Translations under genes and position numbers: made by a program
In this document: positions 19,313 through 28,052 of the stretch, piece after piece
How the letters are laid out: each line of letters opens with the position of its first letter
How positions within the stretch are numbered: the stretch's first letter is position 1
The notes under the pieces: model-generated
Database searches by the model: none
What the model was told of the DNA's origin: nothing
What the model saw: the letters and a program-made list of their open reading frames with translations, nothing else
Source: Candidatus Latescibacterota bacterium
GTDB lineage: Bacteria > Latescibacterota > UBA2968 > UBA8231
Direction: 5' to 3'
Length of the DNA stretch: 64,000 bases
Assembly (NCBI GenBank): GCA_965204725.1
Contig: OZ242005.1
Location: 4,192,001-4,256,000, forward strand

Positions 19313-20795
19313 AAGTATCCTACCGGGGCTATCGGCTTTAGTCGTCAAGTACGTCGTCGATCAAATCTCGTACTCGATTATAGATACCAACCAAGCACAG
19401 GAAGATGGTGCTACGTATCGCCACATCTTTTGGGGAGGTATTTTTATTTTTTCTCAAGTAGCCTATTTCATTATAAACCCGGCGAGTGAAGCGATTAGAA
19501 CAACTCTGTGCGATCGTTTGCAAAGAAAAGTCGATCAAATGATTATGGAGACTTCAGCCTCTTTACCCGGACTTTTCTATTTTGAAACCCCTAAATTCTA
19601 CGACCTCCTTCAGTACCTGCAACGTCATACGTTTCTACCTGAAGTTATGCTCTGGCTCATCTCAGCCTCAATTCGCAATTTCGTCACGCTGATTTTTATT
19701 TTGTTCCTCTTATTCAAAATAGACTGGGTTATACCTTTGGTATTAGTGATTGTTTCTGTACCTCACCTGATTGTCCAGTTTCGCCATTATAAAAAATCGT
19801 ACGATGTCATGTGGAGCAATGTGCCGGAATCTCGTAAGCTCGACTATTACTTCCAGATAATGGTCGATCCCAAGACCATTAAAGAAATAAAGACATTAAA
19901 TATCGGAAAGTATTTCATAAACCGATACAGCACGGGGTTCGACAAAATTCTAAAAGCAGTAAAGGCTGTAAAAACAGATCACGCTCACTTAACGTCAAAA
20001 TTTGCCTTGTTGAGTGGGATCGGGCTAGCTAGTATGTATGTCTATGTGACGTACCTCGTCACTAGAGGAGATATAACACCGGGCGATATCGCGCTTTATT
20101 TTTCATCAGTTACAACCGTTCAAGAAACTCTTTGGATGTTCACCTTGATGAGTGGTCGATTATCCGAGGTGGCCTTTCAATATAGAGATTTTATGAAATT
20201 TTTGAATCTCAAACCTATACTGACCAAGGCCGCACTGGAAATACACGAGCACCAAAAATCTCTTTCTACTATTGAATTTAGAAATGTCCACTTCTCTTAT
20301 CCAGAAAGCGCAACTGAAATTTTAAGAGGGATATCTTTCACCATAAACGCCGGTGAGACTGTCGCCTTGATAGGAGACAACGGAGCCGGGAAAAGCACTA
20401 TTGTCAAATTGCTGTGTCGCTTCTACGATCCGACGAGCGGATGTATCCTTACCAATGGAGTTGATTTGAGGCAATGCGAAGTCGATCCTTGGAGGAACAA
20501 CATTTCAGCTATTTTTCAAGACTTCTCGCGTTTTAGTCTGACGGTACGCGAGAATATAGGAATCGGAAAAGTAGAAAATGTGGACGACCTAGCCTTAATA
20601 AAAGAAGCTGCCGAGAAGGGTATGGCTACCCCTCTCATCGCCAAGCTAGCTAACGGCTACTCCACTCTATTAGGCAGACAATTCGCCGGCGGCGTTGATC
20701 TATCTGAAGGAGAATGGCAGAAGGTTGCGATGGCGAGAGCTTTCATCAGAAGCGATGCGGGTTTACTCATTCTCGATGAACCTACATCTGCCTTA

Positions 20796-21719
20796 GAAGC
20801 CTTTTTAAAACTCCTTTTTTGCTTGGATTTGACGTAGGCGTACTCACCGAACACCTTCAGGTTTCGCCTAAGAACCCTGAACGAAAGGTCTCCGATGAGT
20901 ACGCCATATCAATATCCGACCGACCTAACAGACGCGCAATGGCAGCGGCTGTCTCCCTTCTTGCCCTCGCGTCGTTGGCGTCGTGGGGGTCCGGGTCGTC
21001 CGCCCCGGACTCTACGTTTGGTGCTCAATGGGATCCTCTATCGGGCTAAAACCGGCTGTCCGTGGCCGATGCTGCCGCCGACGTTTGGGCCGTGGCAAAC
21101 AGTGTATGGATACTTCAATCGCTGGCGGCGAGACGGGCACTGGCCCCGGATACTGGACGCCTTGACCCGCCAACAGCGCACCCAACAAGGCCGCCGGCCA
21201 ACCCCGTCGGCCGGCGGCATCGACGCCCAGAGTGTTAAGACCGCAACCCAAGGCCGAGCCATCGGCTACGACGCCGGGAAACGGGTCAAAGGACGCAAAC
21301 GCCACCTGTTAGTCGATAGCCAAGGATCGATCCTGCAATGTAAGGTCACCGCCGCCGATGTCTCCGACGCCGACGGCCTAAAGGCCCTGTTGAGGGACTA
21401 TTTCTCCGCCGGCGTCCAACGGCTGAGAAGAGTATGGGTCGATGCCGGTTACCGAGGGGAGGCGCTCAACGCATGGGTCGCCAACTTAAAACAAACCTAT
21501 AAAATCCGATTGGACGTCCGTGAAAAACCACGTCCAGGCTTTACCCTACTCAAGCGCCGATGGGTCGTCGAACGAACCTTTGCTTGGTTGGGTAACTATC
21601 GTATCCACGCCAAAGACTATGAAACCTTAACCGACAATAGCCAAGCCTTTATACATATCGTTATGATCCATCTGTTGCTCAAGCGAAAAAACAAAGAAAA
21701 AGAGTTTTAAAAAGGCTTC
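20796..21719 (+). mobile_element. IS5-family element (IS1031-like subgroup), 924 bp
   Basis: 18-bp IR GAAGCCTTTTTAAAACTC/GAGTTTTAAAAAGGCTTC; TTA target-site duplication. Confidence 0.92.
20895..21710 (+). CDS. IS5-family transposase (single ORF)
   Basis: YPTDLTDAQW, IDAQSVK, GYDAGKRVKGRKRH, VDAGY, RWVVERTFAW. Confidence 0.93.
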   Translation: MSTPYQYPTDLTDAQWQRLSPFLPSRRWRRGGPGRPPRTLRLVLNGILYRAKTGCPWPMLPPTFGPWQTVYGYFNRWRRDGHWPRILDALTRQQRTQQGRRPTPSAGGIDAQSVKTATQGRAIGYDAGKRVKGRKRHLLVDSQGSILQCKVTAADVSDADGLKALLRDYFSAGVQRLRRVWVDAGYRGEALNAWVANLKQTYKIRLDVREKPRPGFTLLKRRWVVERTFAWLGNYRIHAKDYETLTDNSQAFIHIVMIHLLLKRKNKEKEF

Positions 21720-21998
21720 TTAGATGCCGAGGCGGAGTATTCTATGTATCTTCGGTTCAAAGAATTGACGCAGGGCAAGATAACATTGCTCATATCCCAC
21801 CGGCTTTCCACCGTCAAAATGGCCGATCGCATTATCGTTCTGGACAAAGGGAGTATTGCCGAAAACGGCAGTCACGCGGAACTCATGGCGGCGGATGGGA
21901 AGTATGCTTCAATGTTCAAAATGCAGGCCGATAGATATAAATAGGACGGGGAAGGTGCCTATGCGGAGACAGGGGTCTTGATCTGGGCGGCTCGCGCT

Positions 21999-22051
21999 GT
22001 CGCTCGCTATTCCTATTCACCGCTGTTCATAGCGATCGGCGCGATGGCGAC
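21999..22051. repeat. Right direct repeat of the island (functional 3' end of the PhyH gene)
   Basis: Matches 16270-16316; includes the PhyH stop codon at 22017-22019. Confidence 0.9.
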
Positions 22052-22772
22052 CCAACAGACCCGGGCATAGGCGGCGGAACTCCTCGGGCATGCGTTCGTA
22101 CGTCTCCGGCCACAGCGGTTGGTGGCCGCCTTCAATCCAATTGTTAAACCAAGGCGGGTAGTATGCTATATTCAGCCCTATCCGCATGTCCCCACTCTGG
22201 TTGGCCCGGGCTTGGTGCAGGAGCCCCCCATGCCACAGCATCACCGAACCAGCCCGGCCTTCCACGGGCTTGATCAACCCGCTATCAGCATCCATATCGA
22301 GCGGCGGGCCGGGCCGCCGCGACCTGTGGCTCATGGGCACGACGCCGGTGGCACCGTTGGCCGCGGTAAAATCCGTGAGCATCCAGATGCTGTTGATCAT
22401 CCACGGCACATCGGGCACTTGGACAAACGCACCCGCAGAATCAGCGTGTAAATTCTGAGCAGGTGCCCCAGGCCACGTAGGCTTGGAGCACGCTTCAACG
22501 ACGCGGCAGCGCGGCCCCAAAAAATGCCGCGCAAGGGCCACGGAATCCGGGTGGAAGGCGCAGGTCCAAACCTCGTCGTCTTGGTTGAGCATACCGAACA
22601 AGGTCTGATAGTAAGCGTCGCCCGTGATATAGTCCTGACAGCGCGGGTCGCTGTGCAGCTTCAGACAGCGGCGGCCCAACGCCAAGGCGGTCTTGCGGGA
22701 CATGCGGTCTTTTAGCACACAGTACCCATATACGTCTAGATGCTCGGCCGCGGCCTGTAATTCTTCGTTCAT
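22017..22772 (-). CDS. Phytanoyl-CoA dioxygenase (PhyH) family Fe(II)/2OG oxygenase
   Basis: LHAD, IWMLTDFT..NGAT.VVPMSH, GSV..WHG.LLH...AN. Confidence 0.88.
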   Translation of the reverse strand: MNEELQAAAEHLDVYGYCVLKDRMSRKTALALGRRCLKLHSDPRCQDYITGDAYYQTLFGMLNQDDEVWTCAFHPDSVALARHFLGPRCRVVEACSKPTWPGAPAQNLHADSAGAFVQVPDVPWMINSIWMLTDFTAANGATGVVPMSHRSRRPGPPLDMDADSGLIKPVEGRAGSVMLWHGGLLHQARANQSGDMRIGLNIAYYPPWFNNWIEGGHQPLWPETYERMPEEFRRLCPGLLGRHRADRYEQR

Positions 22773-22808
22773 GCCGCTACCTCCACGCCTGCTTTTGGGG
22801 CGACCATT

Positions 22809-24431
22809 TCACTCCACGACGAAGGTCGCACGAGTCTCTTCGCTCTCCCGGTATCCAATGCGGATCGCCTTGGCCCGCAAGGTGGCTGTCCCAACCTCCA
22901 TGCGCAGCGGCTCCGTGTACAGTTGCCAGTGCGGACCGTCGTCCAAGGTATAAGCAATAGAAGCACCCTGCGTGGCGCAGTGGAGCTGCACCAGCAGCGG
23001 CCCCCGGAATGTACCGCCTTCCGGCGCGGGCTCGGTCCCGGGGTGGTCGGCGCAAATGGGTACGCATACCGGCGGGGCTGTCTGTGGCTGTTCGCCATCG
23101 GGATACCACTGTCGCACCATTTCGCTTTCCGTCATTCGGCCCATGTCGCCCACTTCGCTCAGCCACTCGTCCAAGGCACCGCGCAGGCGATCCCGCTCCG
23201 GCTGGTACTGGGGATTGGCCGCCAAGTTGTCGATCTCGTGCGGATCGGCTGCGGTGTCGTACAGCTCTTCAACCGGCCTCGGGTATCGGAACATGGCCGA
23301 TTGCGTCTCGTCCAGCTCGCCAGCCAAGTGCAAGCGCCACATCTCCTGCATAATGGGGTGCCGATTGCGGTACGGGATCCACGACAAATAGGGGAGGTCG
23401 GGCTGGTAGTTGCGGATGTACTTAAAGCGGCGGTCGCGCACGGCTCGCACCATGTCGTACGCCACGTCGTGCCGATCCCGGCTCGCGTATATGAACTCTC
23501 GCGGCGGCTGGGCTTGGCGGCCCAAAAACGCCCGGCCTTGTACATGGGCGGGCACTTCGATCCCTGCGAGCGAGAGCACCGTGGGGCCAAGATCAACCGT
23601 GCTTACCAAGTCCTCGCACACCCGCCCCGCTTCCATGCCCGGGCCGCGGACGATCAGGGGCACGTGAATGCCCGCGTCATACGGCCAGCGCTTGCCTCGC
23701 GGCAGCGGGCCGTGATCGCTCCAGTGAAAGACGTACGTATTATCGGACAGGCCATCTTCGTCGAGCTGTTGCAGGAGCTGGGCAAGCTCTCGGTCGCTGC
23801 GCTCAATGTGCGTGTACATCCGCGCCATGGCTTGGCGCACGGAGGGGGTATCGGGAAAATAGGGCGGCAGCGGGATAGCGTCTGGATCGAACTCTGGCTC
23901 AGGGCACTTTTCGGGCCACATGCCGCTTTCGTGGGTGCGCGTGGGGTTGAAGACTGCGAAAAAGGGCTGGTCTGGAGCCAAACGGTCGCGCCAGTGAGCA
24001 TCCGGGCCGAGCGCGTCCCAAGCGGTCAGTGGGGGATCAAACTGGTAGTCGGTCTTTGCGTTGTTGCTACAGTAGTAGCCGGCCGCCCGCAGGTATTCCG
24101 TGAAGCACTTTACGTAGTGCGGCACAACGGCCGAATACGGCGTGGGCATCTCTGGAGTGGCGCGATTGGTGTGCGTCGTGCGCATCTGGTGGGTGCCGAT
24201 GGAGATCGAGTACATGCCGGTGATAATGGCCGAGCGCGCCGGGGCGCAGACGCCGGCAGTGGAAAAGCAACGCGTCCAGCGGCACCCCTCGGCCGCGAGC
24301 CGGTCCAACGTGGGCGTACGCGCCACCGGGTCGCCGTAGCACCCGTACCGGGGGTTGGTATCCTCGAATGAAACCCACAGAAAGTTGGGTTTGTCTCGAC
24401 TCAACGTCGAGGGGAAGCGTTCCGTCGCCAT
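22809..24431 (-). CDS. Formylglycine-type sulfatase with C-terminal chitobiase/Fn3-like domain
   Basis: CAPAR motif, NAKTDY, SDHG, RGKRW, ELYD..ADPHE; tail CATQGASIAYTLD...LRAKAIRIGY. Confidence 0.9.
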   Translation of the reverse strand: MATERFPSTLSRDKPNFLWVSFEDTNPRYGCYGDPVARTPTLDRLAAEGCRWTRCFSTAGVCAPARSAIITGMYSISIGTHQMRTTHTNRATPEMPTPYSAVVPHYVKCFTEYLRAAGYYCSNNAKTDYQFDPPLTAWDALGPDAHWRDRLAPDQPFFAVFNPTRTHESGMWPEKCPEPEFDPDAIPLPPYFPDTPSVRQAMARMYTHIERSDRELAQLLQQLDEDGLSDNTYVFHWSDHGPLPRGKRWPYDAGIHVPLIVRGPGMEAGRVCEDLVSTVDLGPTVLSLAGIEVPAHVQGRAFLGRQAQPPREFIYASRDRHDVAYDMVRAVRDRRFKYIRNYQPDLPYLSWIPYRNRHPIMQEMWRLHLAGELDETQSAMFRYPRPVEELYDTAADPHEIDNLAANPQYQPERDRLRGALDEWLSEVGDMGRMTESEMVRQWYPDGEQPQTAPPVCVPICADHPGTEPAPEGGTFRGPLLVQLHCATQGASIAYTLDDGPHWQLYTEPLRMEVGTATLRAKAIRIGYRESEETRATFVVE

Positions 24432-24465
24432 AGATTCCTAGCCTTTATTGGAGGGGACAAAGTGA

Positions 24466-24565
24466 TATAGCAGTCCTAAGTGACTTGAAAGCACGGATTT
24501 TTGCCTATAAGGGGTCATTCCCGCGAAAGCGGGAATCCAGTCTCAAAGGATGTAGGATTGCTATA
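24466..24565. mobile_element. 100-bp MITE-like element (IS630-like ends) containing a REP-like palindrome
   Basis: TATAGCAGTCCTA...TAGGATTGCTATA inverted termini (12/13 match), TA at both ends. Confidence 0.6.
24511..24540. repeat. REP/dRS3-like palindrome GGGGTCATTCCCGCGAAAGCGGGAATCCAG
   Basis: ATTCCCGC-GAAA-GCGGGAAT hairpin; a related copy lies at 38745-38801. Confidence 0.75.
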
Positions 24566-24740
24566 GTTAGCGCTTCTCGCGCTGCGCCGAAAGTTGCAGC
24601 AGGCCGCGGCGTACTGTCAAGCGAGCGACTCACCTGCACCTCAGCCGTTTGTCCATCATCACAGGGTTGTTTGCCGCACATTCGTTACGCATACTATGCG
24701 CTACCATTTCTCAAGATAGACGCCGCCAAAAAAACCGACC

Positions 24741-25859
24741 ATGAACCAAAATGCCTATCGCCGCAAAATAGAAGAACTGCTCAAAGAGGCCGATGTGCGC
24801 ATCGGCGGAGATCGGCCTTGGGATGTAGCGGTTCACGACGACCGATTTTTCGCGCACGTGCTGGGCCACGGGTCGCTGGGCGCGGGCGAGTCGTACATGG
24901 ATGGGTGGTGGGACTGCCCGCAGCTAGACGAGCTTTGTGCGCGGGTCTTGCATGCCGAGCTGGACCAAAAGTTGCGCGGTCGGCACCTGTTTCTGCCCCA
25001 CCTCAAGGCGCGTCTGCTCAACCTGCAAACGCCCGCCCGCTCCTTCCAAGTCGGCCAGCATCACTACGACAAAGGGAACGATCTGTACCGAGCGATGCTC
25101 GACCAGCGCATGATCTATAGCTGCGGGTACTGGCGCAATGCCGCCAATTTAGACGAAGCGCAAGAAGCCAAGCTCGATTTGTGCTGCCGCAAGCTGGGGC
25201 TGGAGCCGGGGATGCGCCTGCTCGACATCGGCTGCGGCTGGGGAGGCACCCTGCGGTTTGCCGTCCAACGCTACGGCGTCAAAGGGGTGGGCGTCACCGT
25301 CTCTAAGGAGCAGGCAAAACTGGCTGAGGAGACGTGCCGCGGGCTGCCGGTGGAGATTCGCTTGCAGGACTACCGATCCTTAGATGAGCACTTCGACCGC
25401 GTCTTGTCGATCGGCATGTTCGAGCACGTGGGCGTCAAGAACTACTCAACCTTCATGCACACGGTCAAACGCTGCCTCGCCCCAGACGGGCGTTTTTTAT
25501 TGCACACCATTGGCCGCAACAGTTCGGCGGCCAGTAACGACCTTTGGATTGAGCACTACATCTTTCCCAACTCCGTGCTGCCGTCGGCCAAGCAGATTGC
25601 CACGGCGGCTGAGGGGTACTTCGTCTTAGAGGACTGGCACGCTTTCGGGCCGCATTACGACCGGACGCTGATGGCTTGGTATGACAACTTCAACGAGGCT
25701 TGGAGCGAGCTCAAGGCCCAGTACGATGACCGCTTCTACCGGATGTGGACGTTCTACTTGCTGACCTGTGCCGGCTCTTTTCGCGCCCGGTCGAACCAAC
25801 TCTGGCAAGTGCTCTTCTCGCCCAGCGGGATTAGAGGGTCTTACGAAGTACCGCGATAA
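24741..25859 (+). CDS. cfa: Cyclopropane-fatty-acyl-phospholipid synthase
   Basis: GSLGAGESYMDGWW, HYDKGND, YSCGYW, LDIGCGWG, SIGMFEHVG, YIFPN. Confidence 0.93.
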   Translation: MNQNAYRRKIEELLKEADVRIGGDRPWDVAVHDDRFFAHVLGHGSLGAGESYMDGWWDCPQLDELCARVLHAELDQKLRGRHLFLPHLKARLLNLQTPARSFQVGQHHYDKGNDLYRAMLDQRMIYSCGYWRNAANLDEAQEAKLDLCCRKLGLEPGMRLLDIGCGWGGTLRFAVQRYGVKGVGVTVSKEQAKLAEETCRGLPVEIRLQDYRSLDEHFDRVLSIGMFEHVGVKNYSTFMHTVKRCLAPDGRFLLHTIGRNSSAASNDLWIEHYIFPNSVLPSAKQIATAAEGYFVLEDWHAFGPHYDRTLMAWYDNFNEAWSELKAQYDDRFYRMWTFYLLTCAGSFRARSNQLWQVLFSPSGIRGSYEVPR

Positions 25860-25905
25860 AGGCGGTAACAATGCCCACAGAGACAAAACGTTCAGGAGGT
25901 CGATC

Positions 25906-26463
25906 TTGACTGAGGTCAAACACCTATCCATGGAAGCACTAACCGCCGGGCTAGACGACATTCGTCAGTCGCCCAAAGCCGTCGGCGTACTGGAACTCAT
26001 CGTGCGGCGGCCGCAGACGGAAATGCGAGAAGTCTTAGACGTGGGGGAACTCGATCTAGCCGAAGGGCTAGTGGGCGACAATTGGAAACGGCGCGGTAGC
26101 TCGACAACCGCAGATGGATCGGCGCACCCGGACATGCAACTCACGGTGACCAATGCCCGCTTAATGGCCCTAGTGGCCCAAGAGAGAAAGCATTGGCCTC
26201 TAGCAGGGGATCAGCTATACATTGACTTCGATCTGAGCGCGGATAACGCGCCTCCCGGGACTCGCCTGTCCATAGGCGCGGCCGTGATTCAAATCACGGC
26301 ACCACCACACACAGGTTGTAAAAAATTCGCGGCCCGCTTTGGGCTGGACGCCCTGAAATTTATCAGTTCTCCGGTGGGCAAACAGCTTCAGCTACGCGGG
26401 GTCAACGCCAAGATCATTCGCCGAGGCGTGATACGGGTTAAAGACGTCGTAAAAAAGCTGTGA
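25906..26463 (+). CDS. MOSC domain-containing protein
   Basis: GLVGDNW, LAGDQLYIDFDLS, PHTGCKKF, RGVNAK; AGGAGG RBS before TTG 25906. Confidence 0.82.
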   Translation: MTEVKHLSMEALTAGLDDIRQSPKAVGVLELIVRRPQTEMREVLDVGELDLAEGLVGDNWKRRGSSTTADGSAHPDMQLTVTNARLMALVAQERKHWPLAGDQLYIDFDLSADNAPPGTRLSIGAAVIQITAPPHTGCKKFAARFGLDALKFISSPVGKQLQLRGVNAKIIRRGVIRVKDVVKKL

Positions 26464-26527
26464 GCGTCCGTGCCTTTTTCCGGCTCATCCCGCCCTTATA
26501 AAACAGTTGAAGATGGGGCAAAAGTAG

Positions 26528-26830
26528 CTACCCCGGATAAGGTAGGTTAGGCTCTATCGCATCCCTAATCGCCTGTTGGACGCCTTCGATAAATACCCGG
26601 AAACTGTGAGACTTGTTCGAGTCCATCGACATCATTGGACCAATAGCCCTTGATCCCGAAATCTTCTGATAAGCGTCACGGGTGATCTTCTTCAACTCGA
26701 TAGCCGGATGGTGAATTCTATCGGGAACCCTGTACTTGCTCGCGTTCCCGTAACAGGGCAGTACGCGCGGAAGCAACCCCTTCAGCATTTCACGCGCCGA
26801 CGGTTCCTCTAAAAAGAACACCAAATTCAT
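26528..26830 (-). pseudogene. DUF4276-like protein with an apparent internal deletion
   Basis: N-terminus LVFFLEEPSAREML..LLPR joined directly to C-terminus KY..PD...YQKISGSRAIG...SHSF; the central part I recall for this family is missing. Confidence 0.6.
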
Positions 26831-28017
26831 CCTCGCGGATCGGCTCCCTCAAAAAAACCTTGCTTCCATAGGTAGCCCATCTGATCGCCATCCTGCATAT
26901 AGGCCGCAATTTGCTCGTTCTCGCTCGCTCTTTTTAGGGTGGCGTAACCGCCTTCTTTTTGCAGCCAGAAAACCTCTTCCAACTCAGCACCATTGAGAAA
27001 GTCAGGGGAGTGTGTAGAGACAAAAACTTGGCCGCCGCGATGCGCGTAGGCGCGAAACTCCTCTACCAGTTCCAAGAGCAAGGTCGGATAGAGTTGGTTT
27101 TCCGGCTCTTCAACGCATAATAGCGGGTGTGGTTCGGGATCGTATAGAAGAACCAAGTAAGCCAGCATCTTGATCGTTCCATCGGAGACATAGCGGGCAA
27201 GGAACGGATCCTCAAAGGCACCGTCTTGGAACCTCAGTAAAATGCGGCCTTCCTCCGTCTGTTTGGATTCCACTTGGGTAATGCCCGGAACGCGCACTTT
27301 CAGCCTGTCCATAATCTCTGACAAAACCGCTGAATGGTTGTCGTGCAAGTATTCGATGACAAGTGAAAGATTCTCGCCTTCCCGCGACAGATGTTCCGCA
27401 TAGCCGGACTCTTGCTCGGACCGCGCCCGACTCACATGGAAGTCGGATACGTGCCAGCGCTCAATCAGATTGCCCAAGGCGACGACAGCGGGGAAGCGCT
27501 CAAATTGAGCCAAGCCCTTTATCGCCAGCAGGTCGGGCGACTTCAATGCCTGTTCTTCGCGTTTGAGTTGTGTTTCGTCCGTCACCTCCTCGGCTTCATT
27601 TGTTACGGCAAAACCTTTACCCTCTTTGAAGTCCAAGAAGTGCCAAGGCTTGCCGCGGCTGAATCTCCTATACCGCAAAATTTCGCGTTCGACGACCGGC
27701 TTGTTTCCAGCCCATCCGATTGACACCGAATAAGTCACCAGCGGACTCCCGGACTTCACGCGGTATTTGATCTCAATCTCGATCGGACCATTGGAATTTC
27801 GGCTCTTCACCTCGCTGAAGCCGCGGCTCCCCCCGAGCTTGGACAAGGCCGTTCTGATGTTCGAGTTCATGGCGTCGCGGAGAAACCCGAACACCGAGAA
27901 CAGAGTGGACTTGCCGGTGCCGTTCGCGCCGACGAGGATGGCGAGGCGAGGTATGTTGCGCATCTCCACATCCTTAAAGACGCGAAAGTTTTTTATCCGA
28001 ATTTGCTCAATCTGCAT
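26827..28017 (-). CDS. AAA_21/ABC-type ATPase
   Basis: IKNFRVF, GANGTGKS, VSDGT signature, VEEPEN.LYP, STHSP. Confidence 0.88.
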   Translation of the reverse strand: MQIEQIRIKNFRVFKDVEMRNIPRLAILVGANGTGKSTLFSVFGFLRDAMNSNIRTALSKLGGSRGFSEVKSRNSNGPIEIEIKYRVKSGSPLVTYSVSIGWAGNKPVVEREILRYRRFSRGKPWHFLDFKEGKGFAVTNEAEEVTDETQLKREEQALKSPDLLAIKGLAQFERFPAVVALGNLIERWHVSDFHVSRARSEQESGYAEHLSREGENLSLVIEYLHDNHSAVLSEIMDRLKVRVPGITQVESKQTEEGRILLRFQDGAFEDPFLARYVSDGTIKMLAYLVLLYDPEPHPLLCVEEPENQLYPTLLLELVEEFRAYAHRGGQVFVSTHSPDFLNGAELEEVFWLQKEGGYATLKRASENEQIAAYMQDGDQMGYLWKQGFFEGADPRG

Positions 28018-28052
28018 GGGCTGTTACCGAGGGGGCTTCGGTCCTGCCAAGC

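Larger units (their letters stand above)
18348..21944 (+). pseudogene. Second ABC exporter, interrupted by two IS elements (segments 18348-18468, 19313-20795, 21720-21944)
   Basis: Removing both ISs and one TSD copy each restores a continuous frame: MNRLINQ...LILA|SILPGL...DEPTSAL|DAEAEYSMY...QADRYK. Confidence 0.9.
16317..21998. mobile_element. Low-GC genomic island (two ABC exporters plus two IS5-family elements), no integrase
   Basis: Sharp AT enrichment, flanking direct repeats, inserted between co-oriented PhyH and epimerase genes. Confidence 0.8.

Noticed and set aside
22923-24371. 482-aa antisense ORF (also 4267-5211, 6670-7803, 14623-15435 and similar)
   Set aside because: Shadow ORFs opposite well-supported genes in GC-rich DNA; no recognisable motifs.
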